From an uncultured delta proteobacterium (GTDB lineage: Bacteria; Desulfobacterota; Desulfobacteria; Desulfobacterales; Desulfatirhabdiaceae), in NCBI GenBank assembly GCA_963789395.1, contig CAWBKP010000007.1:28075-92074 (forward strand): DNA of 64,000 nucleotides. The letters are read 5' to 3'. This document shows positions 11,214-22,705 of the stretch, one piece after another (position 1 is the first letter of the stretch; each line of letters opens with the position of its first letter). The notes under the pieces are model-generated. The model was not told where the DNA came from and made no database searches. It was given only the letters and a program-made list of their open reading frames with translations. The position numbers and the translations under genes are program-made.

Positions 11214-12899
11214 ATGATAATCGGACTGGATGTAGGCGGTACCTATACCGATGTGGTCCTTCTCGGCGATGAGGGAATTGTCAGGGCAATCAAGGTTCTT
11301 ACCGATGCATCAGCGCTGTTCAACACCGTATTGTCCGGACTGGAAAGCATTACCGAAGGCATTCCTCCCGAAAATATCCGCAGAATTGTATTAAGCACCA
11401 CCTTGACCACCAACGCCATCGCCCAGGCCAAAATCTCCAATGTCGGCATGATTGTCTCCGGCGGTCCGGGAATCGATCCGGAGCTTTACCGAACCCACCC
11501 GCACTATGTCGCGGTTTGCGGCTCCATCGATCACAGGGGCCGGGAAATCGAACCTGTCAACACCTGCGAAATCGAGACGTTTGCCCGTAATTTTGCAGCC
11601 GCAGGAATCCGGCATGTGGGTGTGGTAGGCAAATTCTCAACGCGGAATCCTCAGCACGAGATACGCATTCACGACCGGATTCAGCCTTATTTTGAAAAAG
11701 TTTTCATGGGCCATCAGATTTCCGGCAACCTCAACTTTCCCAGACGGATTGCCACAACCTACCTGAATGCCGCGGTTTACCCCATTCACAAACAGTTTTT
11801 TGAAGCGGTTCAGCAGTCTCTTGAGAAAAAAGGGCTGAAAATTCCCATTCATATCATGAAAGCGGACGGCGGCACCATGAACTTTGCCGCATCCATGGGA
11901 TTTCCGGCCCAGACCATTCTCTCCGGACCGGCCGCCAGCATTATGGGCTCATTGGCCTTTGCATTCGATGATGAAGAAAGCCTGGTCATGGATATCGGGG
12001 GAACCACCACGGATATGGCCGTTCTGGTCAACTACGTTCCGGTTTTAAATCCCCTGGGAATTTGTCTTGGCCCTTACAAGACCCTGATCCGTTCTCTGGA
12101 AAGCCATTCCATACCGGTTGGCGGAGACAGCCACATCACCGTCCAAAAGCACGGCCTGCAAATCGGTCCGGAGCGCGTAGGGCCAGCCATGGTTTATGGC
12201 GGTCCCGTGCCCACACCCACGGATGCCCTGTGCATTTTGGGAAAGATTAAATGCGGGGACAGGCAAAAGTCGATTCAGGGGTTTGAACCCATTGCCCGTG
12301 ATCTTGGCTGTTCCATCGAGTCCGCCGCTCTCAATGCATTTGACCTGACCTGCAGAACCATCCTGAGGGAAGCTCAGGTACTGATCGATCGCATCAACCA
12401 GAAACCGGTCTACACCATCCATGAACTCCAGGAAGGATACCAGGTCAATCCCCGAAAGATTCTGATACTCGGCGGCCCGGCCCCGTTTTTTGCGCAGCAT
12501 TTTGAGGAAATTTCCAGTTTCAGGGTTGGCGTCGTCCCCAGATGGGACGTGGCCAATGCCATCGGCGCCGCCCTTGCACGGACCACTTGCGAAGTCAGTC
12601 TGTTTGCCGATACCCAGCAGGGAATCGCCATGGCACCCGAAGAGGGATATACAGCCGCGGTAAACCAGGGTTTTTCAAATTCCGACGCCGTGCTCACCGC
12701 TGAAGCACTACTTAAAGAAAAAGCCGCCAGACAAGGCGCCAGCCCCGAAGAAATGGAAATGGAAGTCGTTGAGAACCAGCAGTTCAATATGGTCAAGGGG
12801 TTTTACACTGCGGGGAAAAATATTCGGGTAAAGGTGCAGATCAAACCCGGGCTGATTGATGAGTACGACACCATTGCCGGCATCCTCTCAACGGAGTAA
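11214..12899 (+). CDS. Hydantoinase/oxoprolinase family protein (A-type)
   Basis: IGLDVGGTYTD, STTLTTNA, TILSGPAAS, DIGGTTTD, GP.PTPTDA, ANAIGAA. Confidence 0.9.
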   Translation: MIIGLDVGGTYTDVVLLGDEGIVRAIKVLTDASALFNTVLSGLESITEGIPPENIRRIVLSTTLTTNAIAQAKISNVGMIVSGGPGIDPELYRTHPHYVAVCGSIDHRGREIEPVNTCEIETFARNFAAAGIRHVGVVGKFSTRNPQHEIRIHDRIQPYFEKVFMGHQISGNLNFPRRIATTYLNAAVYPIHKQFFEAVQQSLEKKGLKIPIHIMKADGGTMNFAASMGFPAQTILSGPAASIMGSLAFAFDDEESLVMDIGGTTTDMAVLVNYVPVLNPLGICLGPYKTLIRSLESHSIPVGGDSHITVQKHGLQIGPERVGPAMVYGGPVPTPTDALCILGKIKCGDRQKSIQGFEPIARDLGCSIESAALNAFDLTCRTILREAQVLIDRINQKPVYTIHELQEGYQVNPRKILILGGPAPFFAQHFEEISSFRVGVVPRWDVANAIGAALARTTCEVSLFADTQQGIAMAPEEGYTAAVNQGFSNSDAVLTAEALLKEKAARQGASPEEMEMEVVENQQFNMVKGFYTAGKNIRVKVQIKPGLIDEYDTIAGILSTE

Positions 12900-12902
12900 T
12901 TC

Positions 12903-14222
12903 ATGCTGAAAGCCAGATACCGAACCGGTCTTGTTTTTTTCCCTGCCTTTGACTGGGCCATCAGTCCGACGCATCCGGAACGCGAGGAGCGTCTGTTGTA
13001 CACGCAGGACCAGGTTTTTGAAGAAGGCGTTCTGGATATTGAGGGCATACGGGAATTCAAACCGGAACTGGTCACGGTTCAGGATGTTCAGCGGGTCCAT
13101 TTCTGCATCCCGGATGTGACGGACATCATGACGGAATCTCATTTTATCAGTGCAGGCGGCGCCAAAACCATCGGCAGAGCCGTGATGGACAAACAGGTGG
13201 ACCGGGGCTTTGCGCTGGTCAGACCGCCGGGCCATCATGCCATGCGCATCGCCCATGGGGCCAGGGGCTTTTGCAATGTGAACATCGAAGCCATCATGAT
13301 CGAATCCCTTCGAAAGGCATACCCCCTTCAGCGTGTGGCCATTGTCGACACCGACTGTCACCATGGGGACGGCACGCAGGACATTTACTGGCATGATCCG
13401 GATACGCTGTTTATCTCCCTTCATCAGGACGGCAGAACCCTTTATCCCGGAACCGGTTTTCCCAACGAAATGGGCGGACCCACAGCCATCGGCACCACGA
13501 TCAACTATCCCCTGCCGCCGGAAACCTCCGAAGAAGGCTTTTTGTATGCCATCCGGAATGTGGTGCTTCCCATACTCGAAGATTTCAAGCCTGACATCAT
13601 CGTCAATTCTGCAGGCCAGGACAACCATTTTTCAGATCCCATCACCAACATGAATTTTTCCGCGCAAGGGTATGCAGCCCTGACCGAATTGCTGGCACCG
13701 GATATTGCGGTGCTGGAAGGCGGGTATGCCATCGAAGGCGCCCTGCCCTATGTCAATCTGGGGATTATTCTGGCAATGGCCGGCATGGACTACAGCAAAA
13801 TCAGGGAGCCCAATTACGACCCGCAGCGCCTGCGTCAGAAACCGGAGATCAGCCGCTGGATTCAACGCACCGGGGATCAGATTCTTTCGAACTGGCGTCA
13901 GCGGGATAAAATCAAAGCGACCGTTCAGGACACCCGGCGGTTTGCGGAACGCTCCCGGAGCATTTACTACGATACGGACAATATCTCTGAAAAACAGGCT
14001 GAAACCATACGGATCTGTTCCGATTGCGGCGGTGTGCTGCAGATTGATTCTTCAACGGACGGAGGAAGGCGGATTCTGGCGGTTCACATTCCCACCCGGG
14101 CCTGCAGACATTGCAGGGAATTGGGATATGAGTGGTTTGACGCAGCAGACAAAAAGAAGTATAATGCCATCTATCTTCAGGATCGGCCTGAAGATGCCTA
14201 TACCAAGATTGCGGGGGATTGA
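12903..14222 (+). CDS. Histone deacetylase family (acetylpolyamine amidohydrolase/AcuC-like) protein with Cys-containing C-terminal extension
   Basis: HPEREERL, RPPGHHA, GFC, DTDCHHGDGTQDI, SLHQ, SAGQD, VLEGGY. Confidence 0.92.
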   Translation: MLKARYRTGLVFFPAFDWAISPTHPEREERLLYTQDQVFEEGVLDIEGIREFKPELVTVQDVQRVHFCIPDVTDIMTESHFISAGGAKTIGRAVMDKQVDRGFALVRPPGHHAMRIAHGARGFCNVNIEAIMIESLRKAYPLQRVAIVDTDCHHGDGTQDIYWHDPDTLFISLHQDGRTLYPGTGFPNEMGGPTAIGTTINYPLPPETSEEGFLYAIRNVVLPILEDFKPDIIVNSAGQDNHFSDPITNMNFSAQGYAALTELLAPDIAVLEGGYAIEGALPYVNLGIILAMAGMDYSKIREPNYDPQRLRQKPEISRWIQRTGDQILSNWRQRDKIKATVQDTRRFAERSRSIYYDTDNISEKQAETIRICSDCGGVLQIDSSTDGGRRILAVHIPTRACRHCRELGYEWFDAADKKKYNAIYLQDRPEDAYTKIAGD

Positions 14223-14270
14223 AAAGCTCTCACCCGCGTCAGCGCCTTCACCCGGATCGGCTTTTTGTAC

Positions 14271-15071
14271 ATGCGTCAACATCTTCATAATTTAATACCG
14301 CCGGTTATCATCGGGCACCGCGGATACCGTGCCGGATATCCGGAGAACACGCTGGCTTCTTTTTCGGCAGCCATGGCCGCCGGCGCCGACATGATCGAGC
14401 TGGATGTCACCCTCAGCAGGGACCGCCAGGTGGTGGTGATTCATGATGACACTCTGGATCGGACCACCAGCGGTTTTGGACCTATTCATCAGGCGACGCT
14501 TCAGGAACTCAGGAAGCTTGACGCCGGCAGCTGGTTTGATTCCCGTTTTGCCGGAGAATCCCTGCCCACACTGGAAGAGGTGCTGATACTGGCAGGGGGG
14601 AAAATCCGGATCAATGTCGAAATCAAGTCCAGCGCCTGGGAATCCGGCTTTCCAGAAGATGCCATTGAACGGCAGGTGATTGACCTGATCCGCCGGCATG
14701 ATCTTCTGGACAGCACGCTGGTATCGAGTTTTCACGCCGGGTTTCTGGAAAACATCACGAATCTGCCGGTTCGCCCCGAAATTGCCTTTATCACGGATCG
14801 CTCCGCTCCCCCCGATATGCTGGATACCTGTAAACGGCTGGGCGTTTTTTCCTGGCATCCCCATTTCAGGTCTCTGAATCAACAGCTTATCGACAGCGCT
14901 CATGCCCAGGGGCTGCGCATCTTTCCCTATACCGTCAATGCCATTGATGACATGCTGAAGCTGGTAAATATGGGCGTAGACGGCGTCATCACCGATGATC
15001 CGGGCACCGCCGTTGCCAGCCTTGCAGCTGACCGCAGGAATTCGGGGTCCATTTCACCGGCAAGAGATTGA
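14271..15071 (+). CDS. Glycerophosphodiester phosphodiesterase
   Basis: IGHRG..YPENTLASF, IELDV, VVIHD.TLDRTT, NVEIK, YTVN, GVDGVITD. Confidence 0.93.
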   Translation: MRQHLHNLIPPVIIGHRGYRAGYPENTLASFSAAMAAGADMIELDVTLSRDRQVVVIHDDTLDRTTSGFGPIHQATLQELRKLDAGSWFDSRFAGESLPTLEEVLILAGGKIRINVEIKSSAWESGFPEDAIERQVIDLIRRHDLLDSTLVSSFHAGFLENITNLPVRPEIAFITDRSAPPDMLDTCKRLGVFSWHPHFRSLNQQLIDSAHAQGLRIFPYTVNAIDDMLKLVNMGVDGVITDDPGTAVASLAADRRNSGSISPARD

Positions 15072-15134
15072 AACTCAGGTGTTTCCCCTCACTCCTTTTA
15101 CACGACATCACACTATAAATCCCAGGAACTGGAA

Positions 15135-15692
15135 ATGACCCTGTCCGTATCTTCAGGCCGAACCGACGGCAAAACCCTGATCCACACAGGCAGGGTGTTT
15201 AACGTGTTTCAGGAAATCGTCACGCTTCCCAATGGTGCAGCAATAAAACTGGACGTGATCCGTCACCCCGGGGCTGCCGCCATTGTCCCGTTGACCCGGA
15301 ACCAAACCGTGATTATGCTTGAGCAATACCGCCATGCCGTCGGTGGGACCATCTGGGAGATTCCGGCGGGGACCCTTGACAGCAAAGAAACGCCGTTGAT
15401 CTGCGCCCAACGGGAGTTAACCGAAGAAACCGGATACACGGCGGCCGCCTGGCAGAAGCTTGGTGAAATTACGCCGGTTCCGGGGTATTCCGATGAACGG
15501 ATTCAGCTTTTTCTGGCAACGGATTTGACACTTTCCGTTCAGAGCCTGGATCCGGATGAAGTGCTGGACGTTCGGGAAATTGCATTTACAGAGGCGCTTG
15601 ACATGATTTCAAGGGGAACTATCCAGGACGCCAAAACCATTTGCGGGCTGTTTATGACCCAAGCCTGGCTGAAGCGGTATTCCCCAGGATAA
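15135..15692 (+). CDS. Nudix hydrolase (ADP-ribose pyrophosphatase-like)
   Basis: HPGAAAIVP, QYRHAV, Nudix box EIPAG...CAQRELTEETG, IQDAKT. Confidence 0.92.
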   Translation: MTLSVSSGRTDGKTLIHTGRVFNVFQEIVTLPNGAAIKLDVIRHPGAAAIVPLTRNQTVIMLEQYRHAVGGTIWEIPAGTLDSKETPLICAQRELTEETGYTAAAWQKLGEITPVPGYSDERIQLFLATDLTLSVQSLDPDEVLDVREIAFTEALDMISRGTIQDAKTICGLFMTQAWLKRYSPG

Positions 15693-15699
15693 TGAATCG

Positions 15700-17982
15700 A
15701 TGCCGAAAAACAAGAAACGCGACCATCTGAATCTTCTCTGTGATATCGGAGACCTGGCAACCCTTTTGACCGGCAGCAGCAATATCGAAAATTTTCTGCA
15801 GCGCACTGCTGTCATGGTTGCCCGGCATCTTGAAGCAGAGGTCTGCTCCATCTATCTGTATGATGATCAGTCCCGCGAGCTTGTTTTAAAAGCCACGATC
15901 GGCCTCAATCCCGAAGCCGTCAATCGGATTCGAATGAAACCCGGAGAAGGGCTGGTCGGTTTCACCCTGATCAAACAGCAGCCCATCCGCGAAGGATCCG
16001 CCGGCAGAAATCCCCGTTTCAAATATTTTGAGGAATCCGGAGAGGACCGGTTTGAAAGTTTTCTATCCGTTCCGATTTCAAGGGGGGTCGAAACCATCGG
16101 GGTGCTGGTGGTTCAGCACGAGAAGCGCGATTATTTTGATGAAGTGGATGTGATGGCACTGAGGGCCGCAGCATCGCAACTGGCAAGCGCCATTGAAAAT
16201 GCCAGGCTCCTGATGAGCATGAACGCGCCCAACCCCACGGCAGCAGACACGGCCGTCCTTGAGCAGCTGAAATTCATCCGGGGTGAAAGCGCCGGAAGCG
16301 GTTATGCCAGCGCCCCTTCCACGATTTTCGGAAGAAGTCATGGGTGGCTGCTTTCCGAAGCATCTGAATCCGAATCCGCTTATACGCTGAAGCATTTTTA
16401 CCGGGCCATTCAATTGACCGTGGATCAGCTTCAGGAACTTCAGTCCCGTGTTGCCGAACGCCTGCCAGAAAGTGCGTCCCTGATTTTTACGGCCCACTTC
16501 ATGATCCTGAAGGATGAGCGGTTCATTCAGGAGATTCTTGCAAATATTGAAAAGGGAGCGTCTCCGCCCGAGGCAGTCCGGATCGTTGCCCGGCATTACA
16601 TTGCCCTATTCTCTGCCAGTCCCTACATGTACCTGCGTGAAAAAGTCAACGACATGGAAGACCTGGCCGGACGCATCCTGGCCAATTTCCAGGTCCGGGA
16701 CATGGAGGCGCCGCTGCAGTGCAAGGGTCGAATCGTCATTGCACGGGAGTTGTATCCATCCGATATTCTCAAACTGGCTTCCGAGGAGGTTGCCGGAATC
16801 ATTCTGGTCAGCGGCGGCGTCACCTCGCATGTTGCGATCCTTGCCAGATCCATGCAGATCCCCCTGATCATTGCCGATCGGCCGGAGCTGCTGACACTTC
16901 CGGAAGAAACTCCCCTGCTGATGGATGCGGATATCGGCAACATTTATGTGAATCCTTCCGAGAAAGTGATTCGTCAGTTCGAAAACCGGAACCTGGCAAG
17001 AACGTCTACTTCTTTGCTGGCCGATGCCATGACTTCCGCAACCGAAACACGGGACGGCCATCGGATTCATCTCTTGGCCAATATCAACCTGCTGAGTGAA
17101 CTGGCCCTTGCCAAAGATCTCAAGGCCGAAGGCGTCGGGCTGTACCGCTCCGAATTCCCGTTTCTGATCCGCAACAATTTCCCCTCGGAACAGGAACAGT
17201 ACCCGATTTATAAACGCCTGTTCGACGAAATGCCGGATAAACCCATCACCATCCGTACCCTGGATGTCGGTGGGGATAAGATTCTGGCCTATTCGGACGC
17301 TGCCGGCGAATCCAATCCCGAGCTGGGACTGAGATCGATCCGGTTTTCCCTGAGAAATCCGGATATTTTTGAACAGCAGATCAAAGCCATATTGCGGGCC
17401 GGTGTCGATGCGAAAAGTCCCCGCATCATGTTCCCCATGATATCCTCCGTGGATGAATTCCAGACGGCCCGGCGTCTGGTCAAAGACTGCGGAGCTGACT
17501 TGCGGCGTCAGGGCCTGCCTCACCATCCGGCGCCTGAGATCGGCATGATGATCGAGCTGCCGTCGGTAATGGCAATCATGGATGAACTGGCTGCCGAAGC
17601 CGATTTTTTCTCCATCGGCACCAACGATTTTGTGCAGTATATGTTGGCAGTTGACCGCACCAACGAAAAAGTTGCCGAATACTATCAGCCCTGGCATCCG
17701 TCTGTGCTCAGGAGCCTTGCCAGAATCGTCGGTTCCGTGAGTGGCCAGAACAAAGGGATTTCAATCTGCGGTGAAATGGCGCATGAGCCGGAATATATCC
17801 CGTTTTTTCTGGGAATCGGGGTTCGAATTCTCAGCGTCGATCCGCAGTTTTTGCCTCTGGTTCAGCAGACGATTTGCCGGCTGAATCTTTCGGACGCCAG
17901 GTCATATGCGCAGATGCTCTTGTCTGAATCCACCGTTAAAGGAACCCGCGAGATTATGAACCGGTATTGCGCAGCGCTATGA
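15700..17982 (+). CDS. ptsP: GAF-containing PEP-protein phosphotransferase (EI-Ntr-like)
   Basis: N-terminal GAF (CSIYL, GEGLVG), phospho-His motif GGVTSHVAILAR, GVGLYRSEF, IRTLDVGGDK, SIGTND, ICGEMA. Confidence 0.95.
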   Translation: MPKNKKRDHLNLLCDIGDLATLLTGSSNIENFLQRTAVMVARHLEAEVCSIYLYDDQSRELVLKATIGLNPEAVNRIRMKPGEGLVGFTLIKQQPIREGSAGRNPRFKYFEESGEDRFESFLSVPISRGVETIGVLVVQHEKRDYFDEVDVMALRAAASQLASAIENARLLMSMNAPNPTAADTAVLEQLKFIRGESAGSGYASAPSTIFGRSHGWLLSEASESESAYTLKHFYRAIQLTVDQLQELQSRVAERLPESASLIFTAHFMILKDERFIQEILANIEKGASPPEAVRIVARHYIALFSASPYMYLREKVNDMEDLAGRILANFQVRDMEAPLQCKGRIVIARELYPSDILKLASEEVAGIILVSGGVTSHVAILARSMQIPLIIADRPELLTLPEETPLLMDADIGNIYVNPSEKVIRQFENRNLARTSTSLLADAMTSATETRDGHRIHLLANINLLSELALAKDLKAEGVGLYRSEFPFLIRNNFPSEQEQYPIYKRLFDEMPDKPITIRTLDVGGDKILAYSDAAGESNPELGLRSIRFSLRNPDIFEQQIKAILRAGVDAKSPRIMFPMISSVDEFQTARRLVKDCGADLRRQGLPHHPAPEIGMMIELPSVMAIMDELAAEADFFSIGTNDFVQYMLAVDRTNEKVAEYYQPWHPSVLRSLARIVGSVSGQNKGISICGEMAHEPEYIPFFLGIGVRILSVDPQFLPLVQQTICRLNLSDARSYAQMLLSESTVKGTREIMNRYCAAL

Positions 17983-18076
17983 ACCCCGAATTTTGCAGCG
18001 CGCTGCCGGTATAACCGTTTTTTAAACGATTTAACCCAACAGATTTTTTAAATCTTTCTGACCATAAGGCATATTT

Positions 18077-21000
18077 ATGTCGCCGATTCCGGATAACAAC
18101 TTTGTGTTTATGGATAAACAGGGAAAACGCTGGCCCAGGCTCCGCCTCTACATGCTGATTTCGGGCATCATTGTTTTCCTGTGTTCCGTAGTGTTCGTAC
18201 AGTCCCTTTTTGTCATGTCCCAGCTTCAGCTGCCGCCATCGATCCAGAAATTGAAAGAAAGACTCAAGGTGCTTCAAAAGAAAGAATCGCTCTTTCAGAC
18301 GCTGACAAAAAAACCGGAATGGCTGGAATTTTCGCAATCATCCCAGTCCAAGCAAAAGCCGGCAAAGGATAGTGCCAAATCACATGCCAGCATCGGTTTC
18401 TTCAAAGAAAATCCGTCTGGGGTTTTATGCAGGCTGGGATCCCAACAGTTTGTCGTCGCTTCAATCGCATGCGGATCAACTGACCCATGTGTGCCCGGAA
18501 TGGCTGACAATGGAAGATGGAACCGGAACCCTGGTTGCAAAACCAGACCGGATCATTCAGACAATAGCGCAACAAAAAGGGATTATCCTGCTTCCTCTTT
18601 TGAACAACCTGACCAAGGACGACTGGCAGCCGGAAGCAGTTGAAGGGGTTGCCAACGGCCCTGAAGACAGACAGTTCCGCTTTGTTTCGGATTTAATGAC
18701 GCAACTGGAAACAGCCGGAGCAGGCGGCGTGGTGATAGACTGGGGTCAGGTGGATCCCACGTATAAGGACAATGTCACCCGGCTGCTTCAAAGAATTGCC
18801 GTGTCCCTTCATGCGAAAAAAATGGAACTCTGGCTTCGGGTTCCCATGGGACCTGAGTTGAAAGTGTTTGACATCGAGGCGCTTTCTGCAGATGTAGATC
18901 GCTTTATCGCCGTCCTTCATGACGAAAATTCCGAAACGGATCAGCCCGGCCCCATTGCATCCCAGGACTGGTTCGACGGCTGGCTCAATACGGTAATCGC
19001 CTATGGAACACCCTCCCAGTGGATTGTGGAGCTGGGGTTATACGGGTATGACTGGGCAAGCGGCGAGCAGAAAGCGGAGACCATCAGCTTTGCGGATGTC
19101 ATGACCCGTGCAGGCCGGGCAGGACTTCAGACCAATGAAGTCAAGTCTCCGGTTTACAATCCCAATTTTTCATATACCGATGCCGGGGTTGAACATTCGG
19201 TGTGGTTTCTGGATGTCGCCACGTTTGCCAATCAACTGAAATCGGCCCTGAACCATGATGTCGGGGGAATTGCCATTTTTCAGCTGGGATCGGAAGACCC
19301 GTCCATCTGGACCACGCTCCGGATGAATCCATTTGAGATAAACACCGCCTCTCTGACAAAAATCAGCGATCTTAAGTCCAGCGGCGCCACCCAGGTCGGT
19401 TCGGGGGAATTTTTGACCATCGAGGATACCCGTTCAGACGGCTTTCGAATTCTTCAGACCGATTCTGCTGGAAAAATTACGGAAACATACGAAAAATTTC
19501 CCAGCTATCTGACCGTCAGTCATCAGGGAGAGGGTAAAGACGATGAAGTTGCCATCAGCTTCGATGACGGTCCGGATCCGGAATGGACCCCTCCTTTACT
19601 GGACATCCTGAAAGCCAAAGGGGTGAAAGCCTCTTTTTTTATGGTTGGCTCGCAAATGGAGAAATATCCGCGACTTGTCCAGCGGATTGTTCAGGAAGGA
19701 CATGAAATCGGGGTTCATACCTATACCCATCCCAATCTGGCGCTGGTTTCCGAAGAACGCATAAAAATCGAACTGAACGCCACGCAGCGGCTGCTTGAGA
19801 CCATTACGGGCCGGTCCACCATCCTGTTCCGGCCGCCTTACAATGCGGACTCCAGGCCCAGTTCGCCTGCGGAAATCATGCCGCTGAAGCTGGCTCAGGA
19901 TTTGGGGTATTTGACGGTGACAGAAGACATTGATCCGGAAGACTGGGAGACGCCGGGTGTCGAAGTCATTCTGGATCGCGTCAAACAAGCACGGCGGCTG
20001 GGCGGTCATATCATTCTGCTTCATGATGCCGGCGGAGACCGCATTCAGACGGTTGAATCACTCCCGCTGATTATCGATTATATTCTGGCTCGCGGAGATC
20101 AGATTGTTTCGTTGGGCAAGCTTCTGGGAGAACCTTCCGAAGCCGTGATGCCGATCGTTCGGCCGGATCAGCATCCGGTCACCCGGCTTGTGAGCGGCAG
20201 CGGGTTTCGGATATATCATGGCATTGCAAACTTTTTATGGTCTTTTATGATCGTTGCCACCATCCTGGTTGTTCTGCGTACGATCGCGGTTGCAGCATTT
20301 GCCCTGCTGCAGCAACGCCGATCCGCCGGATTGCCGAAAACCGGCTTCAGTCCTTCTCTTGGCGTTTTAATCGCAGCCTACAATGAGGAGGCTGTCATCG
20401 CAAAGACATTGCAGTCTGTTTTGACAACAACCTATCCCGGGGATATTTCCGTCTGGGTGGTAGATGACGGCTCCGCGGACAAGACGGCTCAGATTGTTGA
20501 CATGTTTTCCGGTAATGACCCTCGAGTGCACCTCATCCGTCAGCCCAACAGAGGCAAGGCGCTGGCGCTCAGAAGGGGCATGGAGTCTGTTACAAGCGAC
20601 ATTGTCGTCATGCTGGATGCGGATACCCAGTTTCAGCCCGATACGCTGCTGAGATTGGTTCAACCCCTTCAGGATATGCAAGTGGCTGCCGTGTCCGGAC
20701 ATGCCAAAGTCGGCAATCTCAGAAAATTCATTGCCCGCTGCCAGTCCCTGGAATATATTTGCGGATTCAATCTGGATCGCCAGGCATACCACTATCTCAA
20801 CTGTATCACGGTCGTTCCTGGAGCCATCAGCGCCGTTCGAAAAAGCGCCGTGCTTCAGGCAGGCGGCATCAGCACCGATACGCTGGCGGAAGATACGGAT
20901 ATGACGCTCAGTCTGCACCGGCAAGGATTTCGGATCGCCTATGTTGCAGATGCCCTGGCGTTTACCGAAGCACCCGAAACCATCGCCACTCTGGCCAAAC

Positions 21001-21419
21001 AGCGTTTTCGCTGGGCGTTTGGAACCATACAGTGCCTGTGGAAGCACCGGGATATGGTTCTAAATCCCCGTTTCAAGGCATTGGGGTGTTTCAGCCTGCC
21101 GGGAATCTGGTTTTTTCAGGTGGTCCTGGTAGCCATTGCGCCGGTAATCGATGCACTGGTCATCGGCTCGCTGCTCCTCGGGAAAAGCAGTCCGTCACTT
21201 TATGCGTATTTTGGAATTTTTCTTCTGATGGATTTTCTTCTGGCAGTAGTCGCCTGCCTGATGGAACATGAGCCGCTGCGTCAGGCATGGCTGACCATTC
21301 CCATGCGCTTTGTCTACCGGCCAATGCTGAGCTGGGTAATATGGAAAGCGCTGATTAAAGCCGCAAAAGGGGCTCTGGTGAGTTGGGGCAAACTGGAACG
21401 GACCGCCTCGGTAACATGA
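18077..21419 (+). CDS. Trifunctional GH18-like / polysaccharide deacetylase (CE4) / GT2 synthase; frameshift near 18370
   Basis: N-terminal TM (FMDKQGKRWPRLR), GH18-like barrel (PGPIASQDW, YGYDW), CE4 motifs SFDDGP, HTYTHP, FRPPY, LLHDAGG, GT2 motifs AYNEE, DDGS, DAD, AED, QRFRW. Confidence 0.9.
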
Positions 21420-21476
21420 TGATTCAGATAAATCTGGCTAAAAATTTTTTGTTACATCTGGAAAATTTCTGTGATA

Positions 21477-22608
21477 ATGGTGAATCGTCGATTACATTGC
21501 GTGATCGGCTTGCTTGCTCTTTTATTATTGCTTGCCGGATATACGTTATCTTCCGGCTCTGCGCTTCTTTGGGCAGCCGGCAAGTCCGAGACATCTGTCC
21601 AGGAACTGGCGGTTCCGGAAAAAGGGGCTTACACCGGGGCTTATGTGGATTTTGGTGAAGGCGAGGACAAGGTTACACTGGAAGCCATCCAGAAATTTGA
21701 AAAAATGGTGGGGAAACACCAGGCCATTATTGCATTCGGGAACTTCTGGGGAGAGCAGCAGTTTTCTTTAAAAAATGTTCAGATTGTTACGCTCTATGGT
21801 GCAATTCCTTATATTTTCTGGTCTCCCTGGGACAAACCTTATTCCGAAGATAATATGCCGGACCGGTTTAACCTGTATAATATTCTCAGCGGCATGTGGG
21901 ACGCCTATATTGACAAATGGGCGGAAGATGCCAGAGATTTCGGAAAACCCCTGCTGGTCGCCTGGGGGCTTGAAATGAATGGCACGGGTTTTCCCTGGTC
22001 CGCCTATTATTACGGCGGCGGACAAAAGGATTTGATCAATCAGCCTTCCGATTATCTGGGACCCAGGATTTTCAAACAGGCATACAGATATGTGGTGGAT
22101 CGCGTCCGTGCCAGGGGCGCCCGAAACATTCAATGGGTCTTTCATGTAAACAACTTCCCATATCATTCAGGAGACTGGAATCGCTTTGCCGCTTACTACC
22201 CGGGCTCGGATTATGTGGACTGGCTCGGGATGAGTGTCTATGGCAAGCTGGATAACGATATGGACTGGAATTCGTTTTATGAGGTGTTCAATTCGGCATA
22301 TCAGGAACTCTGTCATGTGGACCCTTCAAAACCGCTGATGGTGTCGGAATGGGGGGTGGGGGAATATCCGGCTTTCGGAAACAAAGCAGAATGGATCAAG
22401 AAATGCTTTCGAAGACTATAAGGAACGATTCCCTCGAATCAAGGCAGCGATTTATTGGCATGAGCGGTGGCAGAACGATGATGGATCCTACAGCAACCTT
22501 CGGGTCAATTCTTCACCCGAAGCACTCAATGCTTTTCGTGAAGGAATTGGAGATGCTTACTGGATCGGCAATCCCCGTTTTCACATCACACGATCAGGCA
22601 AACCTTGA
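21477..22608 (+). CDS. Glycoside hydrolase family 26 (beta-mannanase-like), copy 1; frameshift near 22400
   Basis: Signal peptide, LEMNG acid/base, YYPGSDYVDWLGMSVY, nucleophile KPLMVSEWG; the alternate frame ends ...YWIGNPRFHITRSGKP* at 22608. Confidence 0.85.
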
Positions 22609-22705
22609 AACAGAGCGCCTGGAGCAACCGCGGGTTATGGACACTTATCTTTTCCTACGTCTCCCTTTCCTGCCATGCCGATCAACCTTGACTCTGGACT
22701 GACAG

